In this document: positions 44,945 to 55,886 of the stretch, one piece after another | Position numbering within the stretch: position 1 is the stretch's first letter | Layout of the letters: every line of letters begins with the position of its first letter | DNA from: Pseudomonadota bacterium | Lineage (GTDB): Bacteria > Pseudomonadota > Alphaproteobacteria > Caulobacterales > Parvularculaceae | DNA: 64,000 nucleotides | Reading direction: 5' to 3' | NCBI GenBank assembly: GCA_036337175.1 | Contig: JAYZEQ010000008.1 | Location: 121,088 to 185,087, forward strand | Notes under the pieces: generated by a model | Databases searched by the model: none | What the model was told of the DNA's origin: nothing | Seen by the model: only the letters and a program-made list of their open reading frames with translations | Position numbers and translations under genes: made by a program

Positions 44945-46044
44945 GCCTCTCCGCCGACGCGCGCCTCGACTGGCTGCAGCTCATCCGTACCGAGACGATA
45001 GGGCCGGTGAGTTTCTACCGCCTCGTCGAACGCTTCGGATCGGCGGGCGAAGCGCTGGCGCGGCTCCCCTCGCTCGCCCGCGCGGCCGGGCGCAAGGCGG
45101 CGATGAAGATCGCCGACCGCGAGGCTTGCGCGCGCGAGCTTGAGCATGCGGCCGAAATCGGCGCGCGCTTTATCGCCGCCAGCGAAGAAGAGTATCCGGC
45201 GATGCTGGCGCCGATCCCCGATCGTCCGCCGCTGCTTTGCATCAAGGGAGATACGGCGCTGTTTGAAAAGCGGGCGGTCGCGATTATCGGCGCGCGCAAC
45301 GCCTCTGGCGCCGGACGCAAGATGGCGCGCCTTCTCGCCGAAGGACTGGGCGCGGCGGGTTTCGCCGTTGTTTCCGGCCTTGCGCGCGGCATCGACGGCG
45401 CCGCTCACGACGCCTCCCTGTCGACGGGAACCGTCGCCGTCGTCGCCGGCGGGATCGACATTATTTACCCGCCGGAGCATGAGGCGCTGACCGCCGAGAT
45501 CGCCGCGCGCGGCCTCATCCTCTCAGAGCGTCCGCTCGGCCAGCAGCCGACGGCGCGCGACTTCCCCCGCCGCAACCGTCTGATCTCCGGCCTGTCGCTC
45601 GGCGTCGTGGTGGTCGAAGCGGCGGCGCGCTCCGGCACGCTGATCACCGCCCGCTTCGCTCTCGAACAGGGGCGCGACGTGTTCGCGGTGCCGGGGTCGC
45701 CGCTCGACCCGCGCTGTCAGGGCGCGAACCGCCTGATCCGCGACGGCGCGACGCTGGTCGAAACGGCGGAAGACATTATCGAGGCGCTTGCAACCCCTCG
45801 GCGCGTCGCTTTCGCCGGCCCTTCCGGCGGCGACTTCACGCTCAGGGAAGACGATCCCGCCAAGCTCGCCGCGATTCGCGCGCGCGTCTTCGAGGCGCTG
45901 AGCTTCACCCCTCTCCATCGCGACGAGATCTTGCGCGAGGTCGAGGCGCCGGCCGGCGCCGTCATCGACGCGCTGGTCGATCTGGTGCTCTCTGGCGAAG
46001 CCGAAGAGCATTCCGGCGGGCGCTTCGCCCTTGCAACGAAATAA
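44941..46044 (+). CDS. dprA: DNA-processing protein DprA
   Basis: [47 protein letters not shown]. Confidence 0.95.
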   Translation: MSLSADARLDWLQLIRTETIGPVSFYRLVERFGSAGEALARLPSLARAAGRKAAMKIADREACARELEHAAEIGARFIAASEEEYPAMLAPIPDRPPLLCIKGDTALFEKRAVAIIGARNASGAGRKMARLLAEGLGAAGFAVVSGLARGIDGAAHDASLSTGTVAVVAGGIDIIYPPEHEALTAEIAARGLILSERPLGQQPTARDFPRRNRLISGLSLGVVVVEAAARSGTLITARFALEQGRDVFAVPGSPLDPRCQGANRLIRDGATLVETAEDIIEALATPRRVAFAGPSGGDFTLREDDPAKLAAIRARVFEALSFTPLHRDEILREVEAPAGAVIDALVDLVLSGEAEEHSGGRFALATK

Positions 46045-46064
46045 AGAATGCCCAGATGGGCCGC

Positions 46065-46295
46065 TCAGCCCGCCTGTTCGATGACCTGCCGCCGCGCTTC
46101 CTGCTTGGCGAGCTTCAGGAGATCGCGCAGCCGTTCCAGGCTCGGGCCCGCCGCCAGCCGCTCAAGCTCGCCGACCAGCTCTTCTATATAACCGGCGGTC
46201 TGCGCCGGGCTTGCTCCCCGGAAAGGGACTTCATCGATAGGCAACTCCCCGGATGGCGCTACCGCAAGCGCCGCTTTCTGCCCTGTCGCCGTCAT
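46065..46295 (-). CDS. Small hypothetical protein (76 aa)
   Basis: AAAAGGGG RBS before ATG 46295; helical-hairpin pattern YI.ELV.EL.RLA....L..L..LL.LA..EA. Confidence 0.6.
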   Translation of the reverse strand: MTATGQKAALAVAPSGELPIDEVPFRGASPAQTAGYIEELVGELERLAAGPSLERLRDLLKLAKQEARRQVIEQAG

Positions 46296-46475
46296 TCGCA
46301 CCCCTTTTGCGCCGAAAAGTTAAACAACCTGAGATAAATTATACAAATGAAACTATACCACAAGTTGTATCTTGCGCAAAGTCTTGCAGTTGACAGGCCG
46401 GGGGCGCTCGCCGCAGGTTCCGCCCCCGCTGCGGGCCAGGGGGGCCCACAGACCCATGTCGGAGCTTAACGGCGC

Positions 46476-49109
46476 ATGCAGGTTGTAATCGTCGAGTCGC
46501 CGTCGAAAGCGAAGACCATCAACAAGTATCTGGGGTCGGGCTTCAAGGTCCTCGCCTCTTACGGGCATATCCGCGACCTGCCGTCGAAGGACGGATCGGT
46601 CGATCCCGAGCACGACTTCAAGATGGTGTGGGAGCTGGACGCCGCCTCCAGAAAGCGCGTCAACGAGATCGCCGAGGCTGTGAAGGGCGCAGACCGGCTC
46701 GTCCTCGCCACCGACCCGGACCGCGAGGGCGAGGCCATCTCCTGGCACATCCTCGAAGTGCTCAACCAGAAGAAGGCGCTGAAAGACAAGCGGATCGACC
46801 GCGTCGCCTTCAACGCCATCACCAAGTCGGCGGTTTCAGAGGCGATGGCGCATCCGCGTCAGGTGGACCAGGATCTTGTCGACGCCTATCTCGCCCGCCG
46901 CGCTCTCGACTATCTCGTCGGTTTCACCCTGTCGCCGGTGCTGTGGCGGAAACTGCCGGGCGCCCGCTCGGCGGGGCGCGTGCAGTCGGTGGCGCTGCGG
47001 CTCATCTGCGAGCGCGAGATCGAGATCGAGCTGTTCAAGCCGGAAGAATACTGGACCGTCGCGGCGCAGGCGACGTCGGAAGGCGGCGCCCCGTTCGAGG
47101 CGCGGCTCGTCCTCCACGAAGGCGAGAAGCTCAAGAAATTCACCCTTAACAATGAAGCCTCTGCGATGGCGGCGAAGCGCGCCGTCGAGACGGCGTCGTT
47201 CGCCATCGACGCGGTCGAGGCCAAGCCGGCGAAACGCAATCCGCCGCCGCCGTTCACCACGTCGACCTTGCAGCAGGAAGCGGCGCGCAAGCTCGGCTTC
47301 AACGCCCAGCGCACCATGCGCACCGCCCAGCGTCTTTATGAAGGCGTCGACATCGGCGGCGAGACCACCGGCCTCATCACCTATATGCGGACCGACGGCG
47401 TCGACATGGCGGGCGAAGCCATCGCCGAGGCGCGCCGGGTCATCGGCGGCGAGTTCGGCGCGACCTACGTTCCGGACTCTCCGCGAGTCTACAAGACCAA
47501 GGCTAAGAACGCGCAGGAAGCGCATGAATGCATCCGACCGACCTCCTTCGCGCGCCTGCCCGGCAAGATCCGCGGCCTCGACGAAGACCAGCACCGTCTC
47601 TACGAGCTGATCTGGAAGCGCGCCATGGCTTGCCAGATGAGCGAGGCGCGGCTCGAAAACACGACGATCGATCTTCTGTCCTCGGACAAGAAGACGGGGC
47701 TCAGGGCCACCGGTTCCGTCATTCTCTTCGACGGCTTCCTCGCGCTTTATGAGGAAGGCCGCGACGATCCCGACGGCGAGAACGGCGACGGCGTGCTGCC
47801 GAAAGTGCGCCAGGGCGCGAAAGCCGAAGCGAAAGACGCCAAGGCCGACCAGCATTTCACCCAGCCGCCGCCGCGCTTTTCGGAAGCCTCGCTCGTCAAG
47901 CGCCTCGAGGAGCTCGGCATCGGCCGGCCCTCGACCTACGCCTCGATCCTGACGACGCTGCGCGACCGCGGTTACGTGACGATGGACAAGAACCGGTTCA
48001 TCCCGGATTCGAAGGGCCGCATCGTCACGGCGTTCCTCGAGAACTTCTTCCGCCGTTACGTCGAATACGATTTCACGGCCAACCTCGAAGAGACTCTCGA
48101 CAGGATTTCCGCCGGCGAGGTCGACTGGAAGGCGTTCTTGCGCGACTTCTGGAAAGAGTTCCACGCCGCCATCGAGGACACGGCGGAACTGCGCATCACC
48201 GAGGTTCTCGAAGCGCTGAACGTCGCCCTGGCGCCGCTGATCTTTCCGCCCAAGGAAGACGGTTCAGACCCGCGCCTTTGCCCGAATTGCGGCGATGGTC
48301 AGCTCTCCCTGAAAACAGGCAAGTTCGGCGCCTTCATCGGCTGCTCGAACTATCCCGACTGCAATTATACGCGCCAGCTTTCCGCTTCGCCCGACGACGA
48401 GAACGGCGGCGGCGACCGCGTGCTCGGCGAGGACCCGGAGACGGGCCTCGAAGTGTGGCTGAAAATCGGCCGCTTCGGCCCCTACGTGCAGCTCGGCGAA
48501 CCGGAGAAAGGCTCCGACGAAAAACCCAAGCGCTCGGGCGTGCCGAAAAGCTGGAAGGTCGAGGACGTCGACCTCGAAAAGGCGCTGATGCTGCTTTCGC
48601 TGCCGCGCATAGTCGGCCCGCACCCCGAGGACGGCGAACCGATCGAGGCCAATCTCGGCCGTTTCGGCCCTTACGTGAAGCATGGCAAGACCTACGCCAA
48701 CCTTCCCTCCGTGGACGAACTGTTCGAGATCGGCCTCAACCGCGCCGTGACGCTGATCGCCGAGAAACGCGCCAATCCCCGCGCCGGCCGCGGCGGCGCA
48801 GGCGCAAAGCCGCTCAAGGAGCTCGGCGCGCACCCCGAGAACGGCGAGCCCGTGAACGTCATGAACGGCCGCTATGGTCCCTACGTGAAGAACGGCAAGA
48901 CCAACGCGACCCTTCCCGCCGGCACGGCGCCTGAAAGCGTGACGCTCGAAGAAGCGCTGACGCTCCTCGCCGCCAGGGAGAAAAAGGGCGCCCCGCGCAA
49001 GAAAGCCGCGCCGAAGAAAAAGACGACGAAGAAAGCCGCCGCCGAAAAAAAACCGGCGGCGAAAAAGGCGGCCAAGAAAGCGACGAAGAAAAAGGCCGCC
49101 GCAAAATAG
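46476..49109 (+). CDS. topA: DNA topoisomerase I
   Basis: IVESPSKAKTI, LATDPDREGE, SAGRVQS, ITYMRTD, EAHECIRP; Zn ribbon; Lys/Ala-rich tail. Confidence 0.97.
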   Translation: MQVVIVESPSKAKTINKYLGSGFKVLASYGHIRDLPSKDGSVDPEHDFKMVWELDAASRKRVNEIAEAVKGADRLVLATDPDREGEAISWHILEVLNQKKALKDKRIDRVAFNAITKSAVSEAMAHPRQVDQDLVDAYLARRALDYLVGFTLSPVLWRKLPGARSAGRVQSVALRLICEREIEIELFKPEEYWTVAAQATSEGGAPFEARLVLHEGEKLKKFTLNNEASAMAAKRAVETASFAIDAVEAKPAKRNPPPPFTTSTLQQEAARKLGFNAQRTMRTAQRLYEGVDIGGETTGLITYMRTDGVDMAGEAIAEARRVIGGEFGATYVPDSPRVYKTKAKNAQEAHECIRPTSFARLPGKIRGLDEDQHRLYELIWKRAMACQMSEARLENTTIDLLSSDKKTGLRATGSVILFDGFLALYEEGRDDPDGENGDGVLPKVRQGAKAEAKDAKADQHFTQPPPRFSEASLVKRLEELGIGRPSTYASILTTLRDRGYVTMDKNRFIPDSKGRIVTAFLENFFRRYVEYDFTANLEETLDRISAGEVDWKAFLRDFWKEFHAAIEDTAELRITEVLEALNVALAPLIFPPKEDGSDPRLCPNCGDGQLSLKTGKFGAFIGCSNYPDCNYTRQLSASPDDENGGGDRVLGEDPETGLEVWLKIGRFGPYVQLGEPEKGSDEKPKRSGVPKSWKVEDVDLEKALMLLSLPRIVGPHPEDGEPIEANLGRFGPYVKHGKTYANLPSVDELFEIGLNRAVTLIAEKRANPRAGRGGAGAKPLKELGAHPENGEPVNVMNGRYGPYVKNGKTNATLPAGTAPESVTLEEALTLLAAREKKGAPRKKAAPKKKTTKKAAAEKKPAAKKAAKKATKKKAAAK

Positions 49110-49199
49110 CTTTCTAAAAAGTCACCCCGGCGTCTCCCATTTCCGCCGCAATTTTTCCGGAGGATTCGCCCGGGTGCAGGGCGTGGAGGGAGACCCGTC

Positions 49200-49967
49200 A
49201 TGAGACTGGCGATCGCGGCCGCCTGCGCAGCGGCCCTAGCGCTCGGCGCCTGCAATTCGTTCGTACAAACCACTTCCGGCGAGGAATATCTGGCGCGCGC
49301 CGCGGCGAGCGGCGTCGATATCAGCGACGAACTGAAAGCCGCCGCCGGCGTAGAACCGATCCTCGCCTTTCCGGCCCGCATCGGCGTTGCGCGCATCGAA
49401 TACGGCAAGCTGACCGACATTCCGGGCGACGAATGGGAAGCGCTCGCCGCAGCGCTCGACGGCGAGCCCGCCGCGCGCAACGAATACGTTCCGGTCAGCC
49501 TTTTCGTCACCGACCTGGTCGCGCCGCGCGAGCCCGACTTCGGGCGCGGCGTAATGAACCGCAGCGATATCCGGCGCGACATCATTCAGCGTTTGCAGAT
49601 TGGCGGCGCGCGCCAGCATCTCGACGCCATTCTCGTTTACGAGGTCTACGGGCGAAGCGATACGCGCAGGAACGATCTCGCCGTCGCCGATCTCACTATT
49701 ATCGGCGCGTATCTCGCGCCGGGCCGGAAAGCGACCGCCGAGGCTCACGCTTCCGCGCTGCTGTTCGACGTGCGCAACGGCTATCCCTACGGCGCGGCCT
49801 CGGCGACGGTCGAACGCGGCGAGCGGGCGCCCGCCGTCTACGCGGGGAAGCGCGCCGACGATCTGTTGCGCGAAACGCAAGGCGCCGCGGTCGCCGATCT
49901 CGCGCCGAAGCTTGCGGATATGATGACCGAGCTGGAGCGCGACCTGGCGCGCAAACGCCAGGGCTGA
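49200..49967 (+). CDS. Hypothetical lipoprotein
   Basis: Lipobox LGAC; GGGAG RBS. Confidence 0.75.
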   Translation: MRLAIAAACAAALALGACNSFVQTTSGEEYLARAAASGVDISDELKAAAGVEPILAFPARIGVARIEYGKLTDIPGDEWEALAAALDGEPAARNEYVPVSLFVTDLVAPREPDFGRGVMNRSDIRRDIIQRLQIGGARQHLDAILVYEVYGRSDTRRNDLAVADLTIIGAYLAPGRKATAEAHASALLFDVRNGYPYGAASATVERGERAPAVYAGKRADDLLRETQGAAVADLAPKLADMMTELERDLARKRQG

Positions 49968-49982
49968 ACCGAGGGCCGGCTC

Positions 49983-50501
49983 CTACTCCGCCAGATATTC
50001 TTCCGGCACCGGATTATCCGGCGTTTCGGCCTGCCAGAAGATCGTCACGACCCGCCAGCGCCCTTCATGCTTCATGAGCTGGAACGAGTTGATGCCGCGC
50101 ATGAACGGCTCGGCGTCGTCGGCGTTGCGTTTCGCCGCATAGGCGCTGAACACCTGCGCGATGTCGCCGTACTGGTCGACCTTGCGGCCGATCTCCTGTT
50201 CGAAAAAGCCGTCGCGCTCCAGCACCGGGCCGGAGCGGGTTATGTAATCCTCAGGAGTCAGAACGACGGCGCCGGCCGGGTTCTTCGGCGCGCGCGGAAT
50301 AAGCCTCGCGCCGTCGATGAACAGCGCCCGGAAGCGATCCCAGTCGCGCGCCTCGCCGGCGGGGCCGGAAATCACGTCGTAAACCGCGTTCATGATCGAA
50401 TCGATCGACTCGCCGTCCTTCGGATCGGCGCCGGCGCGGGCGGGCCCGGCGAAGACGACAGCGACGAGAAGCGCGGCGGCGGCGCGCTGGAAACCGTTCA
50501 T
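49983..50501 (-). CDS. Exported NTF2-like hypothetical protein
   Basis: Signal peptide; RDWDRFRALF...A, GFFEQE, RGINSFQL....GRW. Confidence 0.8.
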   Translation of the reverse strand: MNGFQRAAAALLVAVVFAGPARAGADPKDGESIDSIMNAVYDVISGPAGEARDWDRFRALFIDGARLIPRAPKNPAGAVVLTPEDYITRSGPVLERDGFFEQEIGRKVDQYGDIAQVFSAYAAKRNADDAEPFMRGINSFQLMKHEGRWRVVTIFWQAETPDNPVPEEYLAE

Positions 50502-50652
50502 GCGAAATCCTCCCGATCAGTGTTGGCGCGAGAATGCCGGGTCGCGACGGGGAGAACAAGCAGCCTGCGGCGGAAATCCGGCGGCGGTTAACTTCCCGTC
50601 CGCGCTTCCTCGGCTAAGGTGTCCCGTCCGTTGAACCAGCCCCGCGTCTGTC

Positions 50653-51228
50653 ATGTTGCGTCGCATCGTTCCGTTTCTCGCCTTCGCCGCGCTCGCCGGC
50701 TGCGCCACCGCGCCGCCCGCCCGCGTCAGCGGCGACTTTTCGCGCGCGCTGCATCTCTGCCCCGGCATGGGGATCAGCAACGCCCCCGCCGCCGACTCGA
50801 GCCGCCGCATCGTCGGGTTCGATCAGCTGATCGTCGTCCGCGGCGTGATGCTGGCGCGGGCGCCGGTCGAGGCGTGCCTGTCGTCGGGCTACGGCGCACG
50901 GAACGGCGGCGCCGGCGCGTTCCATCACGGCGTCGATCTCTACACCGGCTCGCCGCGTCCGGTTCTCGCCGCCGGCGACGGCGTGGTCGTCAGGGCCGGC
51001 CGGCAGAACGGTTACGGCAATGTCGTCTCCATCCGCCACGGCGCCGGCGTCGAGACGCGCTACGCGCATCTTTCCTCTTTCGCGTCTGCGGTCAGTAAAG
51101 GCGCCCGCGTTTCCGCAGGCGACGTCATCGGCATGACCGGAAAAACCGGCAACGCGACTGCGATTCATCTGCATTACGAAGTGATTATTGATGGAAAAAC
51201 AGTGAATCCTCTTACAGTCGGGCAATAG
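50653..51228 (+). CDS. M23-family metallopeptidase lipoprotein
   Basis: Lipobox LAGC; HHGVD, TRYAHL, IHLHYEV. Confidence 0.9.
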   Translation: MLRRIVPFLAFAALAGCATAPPARVSGDFSRALHLCPGMGISNAPAADSSRRIVGFDQLIVVRGVMLARAPVEACLSSGYGARNGGAGAFHHGVDLYTGSPRPVLAAGDGVVVRAGRQNGYGNVVSIRHGAGVETRYAHLSSFASAVSKGARVSAGDVIGMTGKTGNATAIHLHYEVIIDGKTVNPLTVGQ

Positions 51229-51282
51229 GCGCGGCTTGCGCTTTCCTCTACTACGGAGGAAAGTTTCAACAGAGGACGATTC

Positions 51283-53562
51283 TTGGCTAAAACCCCCCGC
51301 GTGCGCCAGCTTCCCACCCGGCAGCAAATTCTCGACTATCTGAAATCGCACCCTGGCGAGGCGGCGCGGCGCGACATCGTGCGCGCCTTCAGCGTCAAGA
51401 ACGAACAGCGAGCAGAACTGCGCGCGCTCCTCAAGGAGCTTGAAGGCGACGGCAAGCTGCAGCGCACGCGCGGCAAGCGCGTGGTGACGACGGAAACGCT
51501 CCCCCCGGTCACCGTCATCGACGTCATGTCGGTCGACGACGACGGCGACATGCTGTGCATGCCGGCGGAATGGAAGGGCGACGGCAAGCCGCCGCTCATC
51601 ACTCTCTCGGCGCGCGCCGCGGCGAAGTTCAAGCCGGCGCCCGGCGTCGGCGACAGGCTGCTCGCGCGCCTGAAGCCCGCCGGCGACGACGGCTACTCCG
51701 CGCAGATCATGAAGGCGCTCGGCAAGGGCGCGCACCGCTTCCTCGCGGTGTTCCGTTCGAACAAGTTCGGCGGAACCGCCGATCCGGTCGAGCGGCGCGC
51801 GCGCAACGTCTTCCAGATCGACAAGGGCGACACGGGCGGCGCGAAGGACGGCGATCTCGTCTGGGTCGAGACCAAGAACGCGCGCGGCTACGGCGCGGCG
51901 AAAGCGCGGGTGCGCGACATCGCCGGCCATATCGACGACAAGGGCTCCTATTCGCTGATCGCCGTCGCCAGCCACGGCATTCCGATCGAGTTTCCGAAGG
52001 AAGTCGCCGAGGAAGCCGAACGCGCGAAGCTTCCCGATCTCGGCAAGCGCGACGATTTGCGCGATACGCCGCTCGTCACCATCGACCCGGAAGACGCCCG
52101 CGACCATGACGACGCGGTATGGGCGGCGCCCGACGACGACGAAACCAACAAGGACGGCTGGAAAGTCATCGTCGCCATCGCCGACGTGAGCTGGTTCGTG
52201 ACGCCCGGTTCGGCTCTCGACAAGGAGGCGCAGCGGCGCGGAAACTCCGTATACCTCCCCGACCGCGTCGTGCCGATGCTGCCCGAGCGGCTGTCCAACG
52301 ATCTCTGCTCGCTGAAGGAAGGCGTCGACCGGCCCTGCCTGTACGTCGAAATGAAACTCGACGCTGGAGGACGCAAGAAATCGCACCGCTTCGGACGCGC
52401 CCTGATGCGGTCGGCGGCCAAGCTCGCCTATGGCGACGCGCAGGCGATCATCGACGGCGGGAAACAGGCGCCGGAAACCGTCGCCGCCGTGGTGAAGAAT
52501 CTCTACGCCGCCTTCCGCACGCGCTGGGAGGAGCGCAAGCACCGCGCCCCGCTCGATCTCGATCTGCCGGAGCGGCGCGTCGTGCTCGGGCCGGACGGCG
52601 GGGTCGTGCGCGTCGAGATGCGCGAACGCTTCGACGCGCACCGGCTCATCGAGGAGTTCATGATCCTCGCCAACATCGCGGCGGCCGAGACGCTGGAGCA
52701 GAAGCGGCTCGATCTGATCTACCGCATTCACGACACGCCGGACCCGGAGAAACTCGACTCCTCGCGCGACTATCTCGAAAGCCTCGGCTATTCGCTCATC
52801 AAGTCCGACGCGGTGCGGCCGCAGCATTTCAACCGAATCCTCGAACTCGCGGAAGAGCGCGGCGAGAAGGAAATGATTTCCGACGTCGTGCTCCGGACCC
52901 AGCGGCAGGCGGTGTACGCCACCGACAATGTCGGACATTTCGGCCTCAACATTCCGCGCTACGCCCACTTCACCTCGCCGATCCGCCGCTACGCCGACCT
53001 GACCGTTCACCGCGCGCTGGTGACGGCGAACAAGCTCGGACCCGGCGGGCAGACGGGCGAGGAAGCGAAAGACCTTTCGAAGATCGCCGAGAAGATTTCC
53101 GATTTCGAGCGCCGCGCCATGGCGGCGGAACGCGAGTCGAAGGACCGCTATCTCGCCGGCTATCTGTCCGACCGCGTCGGGGTCGAATTCGAAGGACGGA
53201 TTCGCGGCGTCACCCGCTTCGGCCTTTTCGTCATGCTGGACGAAACCGGCGCCGACGGCTTCGTGCCGATGCGTTCTTTAGGGCCCGACCGCTGGCGGTT
53301 CGAGGAGGGCTCGCACGCCGTCGTCAGCGAAACCACCGGCGCCTTCTACCGGCTCGGCCAGCCGGTTCGGGTGAAGCTGCTCGAAGCGACGCCGCTCACC
53401 GGGGGACTAAGGTTCGAAATGCTCTCCGACCCGATGGAGGGCGAGCGCCCGCCGCGCGGCAGGCCCTCCCGTCCCGGCGGAAAGGGCGGGCGCCGCGGCA
53501 AGCCGCCCTCCAAAAAAACGGGCAAGAAGGCGGCGAAGAAGAAAGGCAAGCGGCGGCGCTGA
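51283..53562 (+). CDS. rnr: Ribonuclease R
   Basis: TIDPEDARDHDDA, VAIADVS, RGNSVY, YAHFTSPIRRYADL, S1 domain, basic tail. Confidence 0.96.
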   Translation: MAKTPRVRQLPTRQQILDYLKSHPGEAARRDIVRAFSVKNEQRAELRALLKELEGDGKLQRTRGKRVVTTETLPPVTVIDVMSVDDDGDMLCMPAEWKGDGKPPLITLSARAAAKFKPAPGVGDRLLARLKPAGDDGYSAQIMKALGKGAHRFLAVFRSNKFGGTADPVERRARNVFQIDKGDTGGAKDGDLVWVETKNARGYGAAKARVRDIAGHIDDKGSYSLIAVASHGIPIEFPKEVAEEAERAKLPDLGKRDDLRDTPLVTIDPEDARDHDDAVWAAPDDDETNKDGWKVIVAIADVSWFVTPGSALDKEAQRRGNSVYLPDRVVPMLPERLSNDLCSLKEGVDRPCLYVEMKLDAGGRKKSHRFGRALMRSAAKLAYGDAQAIIDGGKQAPETVAAVVKNLYAAFRTRWEERKHRAPLDLDLPERRVVLGPDGGVVRVEMRERFDAHRLIEEFMILANIAAAETLEQKRLDLIYRIHDTPDPEKLDSSRDYLESLGYSLIKSDAVRPQHFNRILELAEERGEKEMISDVVLRTQRQAVYATDNVGHFGLNIPRYAHFTSPIRRYADLTVHRALVTANKLGPGGQTGEEAKDLSKIAEKISDFERRAMAAERESKDRYLAGYLSDRVGVEFEGRIRGVTRFGLFVMLDETGADGFVPMRSLGPDRWRFEEGSHAVVSETTGAFYRLGQPVRVKLLEATPLTGGLRFEMLSDPMEGERPPRGRPSRPGGKGGRRGKPPSKKTGKKAAKKKGKRRR

Positions 53563-53598
53563 TTTGACAGAAACCGCGAAAGCCGGACAACTGGTCCG

Positions 53599-54486
53599 AT
53601 GACCGACGACCTCAAAACCGTCCGCGATTTCCTGCGCTACGCCGTCACAGAGTTCCGCAAGGCGAACCTCGCTTTCGGACACGGCGCGTCGAGCGCCGTC
53701 GATGAGGCGGCGTTCATGGTGCTCGAGGCGCTCAACCTGCCCATCGACGACGTCAATCCGTGGCTCGGCGCGCGCCTCACGGCGCCGGAGCGCAAGCGCC
53801 TCGCCGAACTCATCGCGGCGCGGGTCGAGACGCGAAAGCCGGCCGCCTATCTGCTCAACAAGGCCTATGTGCAGGGCGTGCCCTTCTACGTGGACGAGCG
53901 GGTGATCGTGCCGCGCTCCTATATCGGCGAGCTGCTGATGGGCGAAGACGCCTTCCCGCTCGCCGTCGACCCGGAAGACGTGACGTCGGTTCTCGATCTC
54001 TGCACCGGCTCGGGATGCCTCGCCATCCTCGCCGCCTATGTGTTCCCGAACGCCGAGATCGACGGAGTCGATCTTTCCATCGACGCGCTGGAAGTCGCCC
54101 GCCGCAACGTCGCCGAACATGGACTCGAAGAGCGTATCGCCCTGCATCACGGCGATCTCTTCGCGCCGGTGAAGACCAAGCGCTACGACCTCATCATCAC
54201 CAACCCGCCTTACGTGGACGCCGAGGCGATGGCCGGGCTCTCGCCCGAATACCGCGCCGAGCCGGAAATGGCCCTCGCCGGCGGCGACGACGGCCTCGAT
54301 ATCGTGCGCCGCATTCTCGAAGAGACGCCGAAACACCTGACGCCGACCGGCGGCATCCTCTGCGAGATCGGCACGGGGCTCGAGATTCTCGAAGCCGACT
54401 ATCCGGAGCTCGATTTCATCTGGCCGGATACGGAAGAAAGCGAAGGCGAGGTGTTCTGGCTCACGGCGGAGGATTTCGCGGGGTGA
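53599..54486 (+). CDS. prmB: Ribosomal protein L3 glutamine methyltransferase
   Basis: FGHG...A.DEA, FYVDERVIVPRS, DLCTGSGC, TNPPY. Confidence 0.95.
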   Translation: MTDDLKTVRDFLRYAVTEFRKANLAFGHGASSAVDEAAFMVLEALNLPIDDVNPWLGARLTAPERKRLAELIAARVETRKPAAYLLNKAYVQGVPFYVDERVIVPRSYIGELLMGEDAFPLAVDPEDVTSVLDLCTGSGCLAILAAYVFPNAEIDGVDLSIDALEVARRNVAEHGLEERIALHHGDLFAPVKTKRYDLIITNPPYVDAEAMAGLSPEYRAEPEMALAGGDDGLDIVRRILEETPKHLTPTGGILCEIGTGLEILEADYPELDFIWPDTEESEGEVFWLTAEDFAG

Positions 54487-54609
54487 CTTCGTCATCCCGT
54501 GCGCGATGCGGTATTTAACGCCGCCGCGCAGACACAGGATCTTTCTCAGATATCAAACAAGCGGCTGGCGAACGCCAGACAGGGATAGCTTTCCCGGATC
54601 AGCGACGCA

Positions 54610-55749
54610 TTACGGCGCGCTGCACGCAAGAGCCTCGATCTCTCCCGCCGACAGTCCCGCCTCTTTCAGAATTTCCTCCGTATGCGCTCCGCTTTCGGGA
54701 ACCGGGCGCGGATCGGGCGGCGTCTCGCCGTCAAAGCGCGGGGCGGCGGCGGTCTGGAGGACGCCGCCGATCTCGCGATAGATGTGGCGCGCGGCGATGT
54801 GCGGCTGGCGCGCCGCCTCCGACGGGCTGAGCGCGGGCGCGTAGCAGACATCGGTTCCGAGCAGGAGGCCGTCCCAGTGGGCGCGCGGCTTCGAGGCGAA
54901 AACTTCCGCAAGCTTCGCCTTCGCCGCCGGCCATTTCCCGGCATCGAACTGGACCGCGAACAGCGGATCCCCCGCAAGCCCGAGCTTCTCCAGCAGCAGC
55001 GCATAGAATTTCGGCTCCAGCGGGCCGATGGAAATCCACTGTCCGTCCTCGCACTGGTAAGCGTCGTAAAAATGCGCGCCGTCGAGCATCGACCGGCCGC
55101 GCTCGTCCGGCAGCCCGCCGATGGCGCGCAGCGACAGAAGCAGGTTCATCATGTGCGCCGAGCCGTCGACGATGGCGGCGTCGACCACCGCTCCCTTGCC
55201 CGTTTCGCGCGCCCTGAGAACGCCGGAAAGAATCCCGATGGCGAGATAGAGCGCGCCGCCGCCGATGTCGCCGACCAGGGTCGGGGGCGGAACCGGCGCG
55301 ACGCCCGCTTGCCCCGAATACCAGGCGGCGCCCGAAAGGCTCGCATAATTGATGTCGTGCCCGGCCGACTGCGCCAGCGGCCCCGTCTGGCCCCAGCCGG
55401 TCAGCCGTCCGTACACGATCTTCGGGTTGGCGGCCATGAGAACGTCCGGGCCGAGGCCGAGACGCTCCATCACGCCGGGGCGCAAGCCTTCGATGAGCGC
55501 GTCGGCGCCGGCGCAAATCCTGATCGCCGCCTCGCGCGCGGCCGGGTTCTTAAGATCCAGCCCGATGGAGCGCTTGCCCCGGTTGAACAGCCGCGCCGCG
55601 CCGGCGCCGGCGTTGTCCGGACGCTCTATCAGAACGACGTCAGCGCCGAGATCGGCGAGGAGCATGCCGCAGAACGGTCCTGGCCCGAGCCCCTCGAATT
55701 CGACGACCTTGATTCCGCTTAAAACCGGCACGCCGCGCTCCCTCGTCAC
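54610..55749 (-). CDS. CaiB/BaiF CoA-transferase family (AMACR-like)
   Basis: GLGPGPFCGMLLADLGA, NRGKRS, GHDINY, GD.GGG. Confidence 0.92.
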   Translation of the reverse strand: MTRERGVPVLSGIKVVEFEGLGPGPFCGMLLADLGADVVLIERPDNAGAGAARLFNRGKRSIGLDLKNPAAREAAIRICAGADALIEGLRPGVMERLGLGPDVLMAANPKIVYGRLTGWGQTGPLAQSAGHDINYASLSGAAWYSGQAGVAPVPPPTLVGDIGGGALYLAIGILSGVLRARETGKGAVVDAAIVDGSAHMMNLLLSLRAIGGLPDERGRSMLDGAHFYDAYQCEDGQWISIGPLEPKFYALLLEKLGLAGDPLFAVQFDAGKWPAAKAKLAEVFASKPRAHWDGLLLGTDVCYAPALSPSEAARQPHIAARHIYREIGGVLQTAAAPRFDGETPPDPRPVPESGAHTEEILKEAGLSAGEIEALACSAP

Positions 55750-55886
55750 CGCTGAACCATGCAGGGGGTCCGCGCCGCCGGCAAGCCGCGGCGGCAGCGG
55801 CGCGGGATTTGCAGCGCCTCCACGAACCTCGTCAACGGCGGCTTGCGCCGGTGGTTTCGCTAAAACGACGGGGGCGGAGGAAAGCC

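Noticed and set aside
48960-49109. Lys/Ala-rich repeats at the TopA C-terminus (and the basic RNase R tail)
   Set aside because: Common feature of these proteins in Alphaproteobacteria
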